A DNA stretch of 64,000 nt from the NCBI GenBank assembly GCA_963799845.1, contig CAWCYI010000004.1:1184001-1248000 (forward strand), written 5' to 3'. The notes beneath the pieces were generated by a model. That model was not told the origin of the DNA, ran no database searches, and worked only from the letters and a program-made list of their open reading frames with translations. The translations under genes and the position numbers were made by a program. This DNA is from an uncultured Nitrososphaerota archaeon (GTDB lineage Archaea > Thermoproteota > Nitrososphaeria > Nitrososphaerales > CADDZS01). Numbering within the stretch: the first letter of the stretch is position 1; each line of letters opens with the position of its first letter. Of the stretch, positions 60,396-64,000 are shown one piece after another.

Positions 60396-60665
60396 TCATG
60401 ACTTTAGTTCAATTTCCAAGTTGAAGAGTTCTGTTGAACCGACGTTTTCCACCTCGTGAGTAGCTCCCTCGGAATAGACTGCTTTTCCCTTTACGAGTTC
60501 CACTATTCGGGCAGAGCCATCCGGAAAAGTAATCTTGGCCTTTGCTGGATTCATCGGATATGCGACATACGCAGGATGAGTGTGCTTGGGCAGCTTGCCA
60601 CCCGGAGGGATTGTCACCTCCATAACTTTCACTCGCTCGTTTTCGATAAGTACTTTCTGACCCAT
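60396..60665 (-). CDS. Small cupin protein
   Basis: ENERV, PG..P.HTHP, H.VENVG, E.K. Confidence 0.85.
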   Translation of the reverse strand: MGQKVLIENERVKVMEVTIPPGGKLPKHTHPAYVAYPMNPAKAKITFPDGSARIVELVKGKAVYSEGATHEVENVGSTELFNLEIELKS

Positions 60666-60971
60666 AATTTAGCAGCAGAGTCGCTTACACGTATATTAAG
60701 AAATCAAGGGGTTCTCGGAGGATGTCAAGCTATCCCGCAAGCCGTGAGACTACTTCATTCATGGCTTCCCACCAATATCGTTGGATAGTTTAGACAATCC
60801 GTAACAAATTTGGAGATTGGCACATTATCACGGAATAAAGATACAAACTTCGACAATTTTCACCCCTGATTCATTCGATAGCCTTCTGAGACTATTCAAG
60901 AGGAAATGGAAGAAATCAGGACTGTTTCTGCTGCTACCTCGTCGATTGTCTGATACCGATCACGTTTCAGT

Positions 60972-61211
60972 CTAGGCCCTTGTGGACTCGACTTCATGAA
61001 CCCACTGGCAATCTATTCCAGCTTGCTTGTGATGTTTTACAACTGCCTCTTTGTCGGGCGCATCCAAAACGCAATACACTTTGTCCTCTTCCTTGTTGTA
61101 GAGAATGTCGTGATGAGTTACACCGAACTTGTCCTTCGGAGCACTTTGCAGCTGCTTCAACTGCTCTGGTGTAAGTCGACCCATTCCGTGCGTATCAATG
61201 AACTTTGGCAT
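60972..61211 (-). CDS. DUF4242 (SCO4226-like nickel-binding) protein
   Basis: MPKFIDTH...GV.......YCVLDAPDKEAV.KHH..AG..C.WVHEV. Start 61211. Confidence 0.82.
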   Translation of the reverse strand: MPKFIDTHGMGRLTPEQLKQLQSAPKDKFGVTHHDILYNKEEDKVYCVLDAPDKEAVVKHHKQAGIDCQWVHEVESTRA

Positions 61212-61322
61212 GAATCTGGTAATGGAAGGGATCGATTTAAGCTTTGGATCTTTTACTTCGGAATGGCAGTATCCATAAAAATACCCCAAATAGTCTTTCC
61301 GAATCCTAAGGGCTTTATGTAA

Positions 61323-62240
61323 TTGAAAATTGTAGTGATGGGTAGCGGGGGTCTCGGTGGATACTTCGGCTTCCTTCTTGCGCGTGCTGGCAATGATGTT
61401 CATTTCGTAGCTCGTGGAGACAAGCTCGATGCGATTCGCAAGAATGGACTTCGTTTGATCACTAGCGAAGAAGATTCTACTATTCAGGTAAAGGCAATCG
61501 AGAATCCCAAAGATGCTGGAACCGCTGAACTCGTATTATTCTGCGTGAAGACTTATGACACAGCCAGCGCTGCAAAATCGATTCTACCCATCTTGGGACG
61601 CGATAGTTCCGTTCTGACTCTTCAAAACGGCATTGGGAATTTTGATCAGATCTCGGATGTTGTGGATAGTGAACGAGTTCTACCGGGAATTGCTCTTATC
61701 GGAAGTGAGGTTCAAGCTCCCGGCGTTATACATGTAACCACTCAGATAAGAAAGGTTGTATTCGGTGAAGTTAACGGACAAAAGACTACAAGGGCTGAAA
61801 GAATTAATGAAGCGTCCAGATCAGCGGGTATTGACTCGGAAATCACGACCGATATTTCCAAACTTCTCTGGCAAAAGATGATATGGTTTTGTGGTTTCGC
61901 CGGAATGACCTCTATCATTCGGTTACCCGTAGGAAAGCTCATGTCTTATCCCGAAACTCGGGAAATGTTCAAACAGATTATGGAGGAGGTCGATGAAGTG
62001 GCAAAAGCCAAAGGGATTGATGTTGGACGCGATTACATTCAGAGTCGAATTGATTTCGCAGATCATATAGAAAAGAATGTAACACCTTCGATGATGCGTG
62101 ATCTCTTGGCTGGGCGAAAGCTCGAACTCGATGCTCTAAACGGGACTGTCGTAAGGATGGGAAAGGAACACGGAATTGCAACACCGATGAACTGGGCAGT
62201 TTACACTGCACTGAAACCATATGTTAATGGCCCTGCGTAA
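61323..62240 (+). CDS. panE: Ketopantoate reductase family protein
   Basis: MKIVVMGSGGLGGYFG, CVKTYD, TLQNG, LWQK, SMMRD..AGR.LE. Confidence 0.9.
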   Translation: MKIVVMGSGGLGGYFGFLLARAGNDVHFVARGDKLDAIRKNGLRLITSEEDSTIQVKAIENPKDAGTAELVLFCVKTYDTASAAKSILPILGRDSSVLTLQNGIGNFDQISDVVDSERVLPGIALIGSEVQAPGVIHVTTQIRKVVFGEVNGQKTTRAERINEASRSAGIDSEITTDISKLLWQKMIWFCGFAGMTSIIRLPVGKLMSYPETREMFKQIMEEVDEVAKAKGIDVGRDYIQSRIDFADHIEKNVTPSMMRDLLAGRKLELDALNGTVVRMGKEHGIATPMNWAVYTALKPYVNGPA

Positions 62241-62422
62241 CTTTTGACGACGGAGAAAATAGAGGATCGAACTTACCGGTAGATGTTTAGTTAGAATCAC
62301 GTTCAATTTCTGTTCTTCCAGACGAAGCAAAATCATAATAGCTCTCGCTCTACTTTCGGCATCAAGTCGCGCTCCTTTTGGAAGAACCACCACTTTCTGC
62401 TTAGCAAGAAACTATCCGTCTA

Positions 62423-64000
62423 GTGCGCGAACTACACAAGATCGAACTTTCAAATTATCGAGTTGTTGGCGGAATCGTAAGGTACGAACAGTCCGCAAGA
62501 AATTCGATGAAGGATACAAAGCAACGAATAGTTTCGAGCCTTAGCTCGCAACCTTTCGGATGCGATAATTATCTGATATGGGCACCACCTGGTAGCGGCA
62601 AGAGCTTCTTCGTCCAAGAAATTGCGAGATCGATGGGCAATCTGGTGCAATATAGAGAAATCAACTTGGCTCAAATGAACGAACAAGATTTTCGAAGGGT
62701 GTTATCTGAAATAGAAAAACTGGACAAACCCCGATTGTGCTTCATTGACGAGGTAGATTCGAAACCAACAGAATTGTGGCCGTATGAAGCTCTCCTTCCT
62801 TCACTGGAACCACCTGCTAGTAGAAAGACTGTCAGAACTTGTTTCATTCTGGCAGGTAGCTCAGGCGATTCCCTTTCCGGGATGAAAGCAGGGATAAGCA
62901 AACGCCCAAAGGGAATAGATCTGTTAAGTAGGATTCCGCCGGGCAACGAGTTTGTAATTGAAGGTCTCGGTTTGGGAGATAGGCTGCTTGTAGTATCCAC
63001 TCAATTTTTGAGTGCAGCCAAGGAATATGGTCGTAATATCGATGAAGTTGAAAAGCTAGTTCTTTACTATGTCGCTCTAAATCCTAAACTAAAAAGTGCA
63101 AGACAAATTCGTCAGCTAGCCATCCGCTGCATTGAACGTATGCCCGCAGGCGAGGAGCGGATTAAATTCGATTATCTTTTTGATGCGGGAAATCCGGAAA
63201 ACAAAGAGTTTTGGAACAAATCAGGACAGCTGAGAAACGAATTCGTGAACACGTTTGTAAGATTAGAGGACGATCAAGTCGCAATCAAACCCTCAATTGC
63301 GAAACCAGAAATTATCTCAATCAACAAAGAATCTGTTACTAAAGAAACAGCCATTGGAAGAAACCGAATCGCCGTTCTCCCATTCGCCAATATCAGTCCG
63401 GATCCCAAAGATGAATACTTCGCGGATGGAATGACTGAGGAACTAATATCGACGCTATCTAAGATTCGAGGGTTCAAAGTTATCTCTAGGACTTCTGTTC
63501 TAAGGTACAAACAATCCAACAAAAGCCTCTCGGAAATTGCAAAGGAACTGAATGTCGGAGTTATACTGGAAGGGAGTGTCAGGAAGGCAGCCGACGACCT
63601 GCGGATTACCGCACAGCTAATCGATGTGGAAAACGACGAGCATCTGTGGTCTCAGGATTATAACAGAAAATTCGAGAACGTGTTTTCACTGCAAGCAGAG
63701 ATCGCCCAAAAGGTCGCTGATTCTCTTCAAATCATCATTCTCGCGAAGGAAAGCAGAGAATTAGGAAAGAATCCCACCCAGAACTTGGAAGCTTACACTC
63801 TTTACTTGAAGGGCCGCTCTTACATGCACCGAACAACTCTTGATTCATACAAAAGAGCAATAGATTACTGCGAGCAGGCTATTCAAAAGGATCCGAATTA
63901 CGCTCGAGCTTACGCTGCGATTGCCAGATCTTACACCCATATTGGTTATTTCGAATTTCTTCCGTCGAATGAACCCTTCCTCAAGGCAGAGAGATTTGCT
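62423..64000 (+). CDS. AAA+ ATPase-TolB_N-like-TPR fusion protein (runs off window; absent from ORF track)
   Basis: Manual translation open from GTG 62423 to the end (526 codons): WAPPGSGKSF, INLAQ, CFIDEVD, FILAGSS, KGIDLLSR, SARQIR; RIAVLPFANISPDPKDEYFADGMTEELI; EAYTLYLKGR, DPNYARAYA. Confidence 0.88.
   Translation, partial: MRELHKIELSNYRVVGGIVRYEQSARNSMKDTKQRIVSSLSSQPFGCDNYLIWAPPGSGKSFFVQEIARSMGNLVQYREINLAQMNEQDFRRVLSEIEKLDKPRLCFIDEVDSKPTELWPYEALLPSLEPPASRKTVRTCFILAGSSGDSLSGMKAGISKRPKGIDLLSRIPPGNEFVIEGLGLGDRLLVVSTQFLSAAKEYGRNIDEVEKLVLYYVALNPKLKSARQIRQLAIRCIERMPAGEERIKFDYLFDAGNPENKEFWNKSGQLRNEFVNTFVRLEDDQVAIKPSIAKPEIISINKESVTKETAIGRNRIAVLPFANISPDPKDEYFADGMTEELISTLSKIRGFKVISRTSVLRYKQSNKSLSEIAKELNVGVILEGSVRKAADDLRITAQLIDVENDEHLWSQDYNRKFENVFSLQAEIAQKVADSLQIIILAKESRELGKNPTQNLEAYTLYLKGRSYMHRTTLDSYKRAIDYCEQAIQKDPNYARAYAAIARSYTHIGYFEFLPSNEPFLKAERFA

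Noticed and set aside
1-64000. CRISPR arrays, tRNA/rRNA, integrases, phage genes
   Set aside because: None recognised by eye on either strand; tRNAscan-SE, Infernal and a CRISPR finder would be needed to exclude them formally.

Overview
This is a gene-dense accessory/catabolic region, most likely archaeal. The archaeal call is an inference from frequent TTG starts, an HTH-10 (Bat-type) regulator, S/T-linker and class III signal-peptide solute-binding proteins, and three LLM/F420-type oxidoreductases; a non-ammonia-oxidising Nitrososphaerota-like organism is plausible but unproven. I saw no rRNA, tRNA or CRISPR array. About 3-42 kb is a catabolic island: two Opp/Dpp-type ABC systems surrounded by peptidases and amidases (2x M14, 2x AstE/AspA, M24, DUF885, CapA-like, ceramidase-like, cyclase-like), SDRs, Gfo/Idh/MocA paralogs and two GT2s. 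About 42-64 kb is a patchwork of small genes, remnants and signalling proteins. Two IS elements can be delimited from sequence. (i) A 756-bp IS6 element (35524-36279) has an 8-bp TSD. (ii) A ~1.52-kb IS110-family element (49474-50996) has a highly structured ~250-nt upstream non-coding end containing an exact 8-nt copy of the flanking target, i.e. a candidate archaeal bridge/seek RNA; this is the best lead. The second lead is an AAA+ ATPase-TolB_N-TPR fusion not shown in the ORF track (62423->64000). It has a decayed duplicate 3.7 kb upstream and shares its sensor module with a class III adenylate cyclase at 1.2-3.2 kb. About a dozen genes carry single-base frameshifts, mostly in homopolymers, which suggests long-read consensus errors rather than real pseudogenes.
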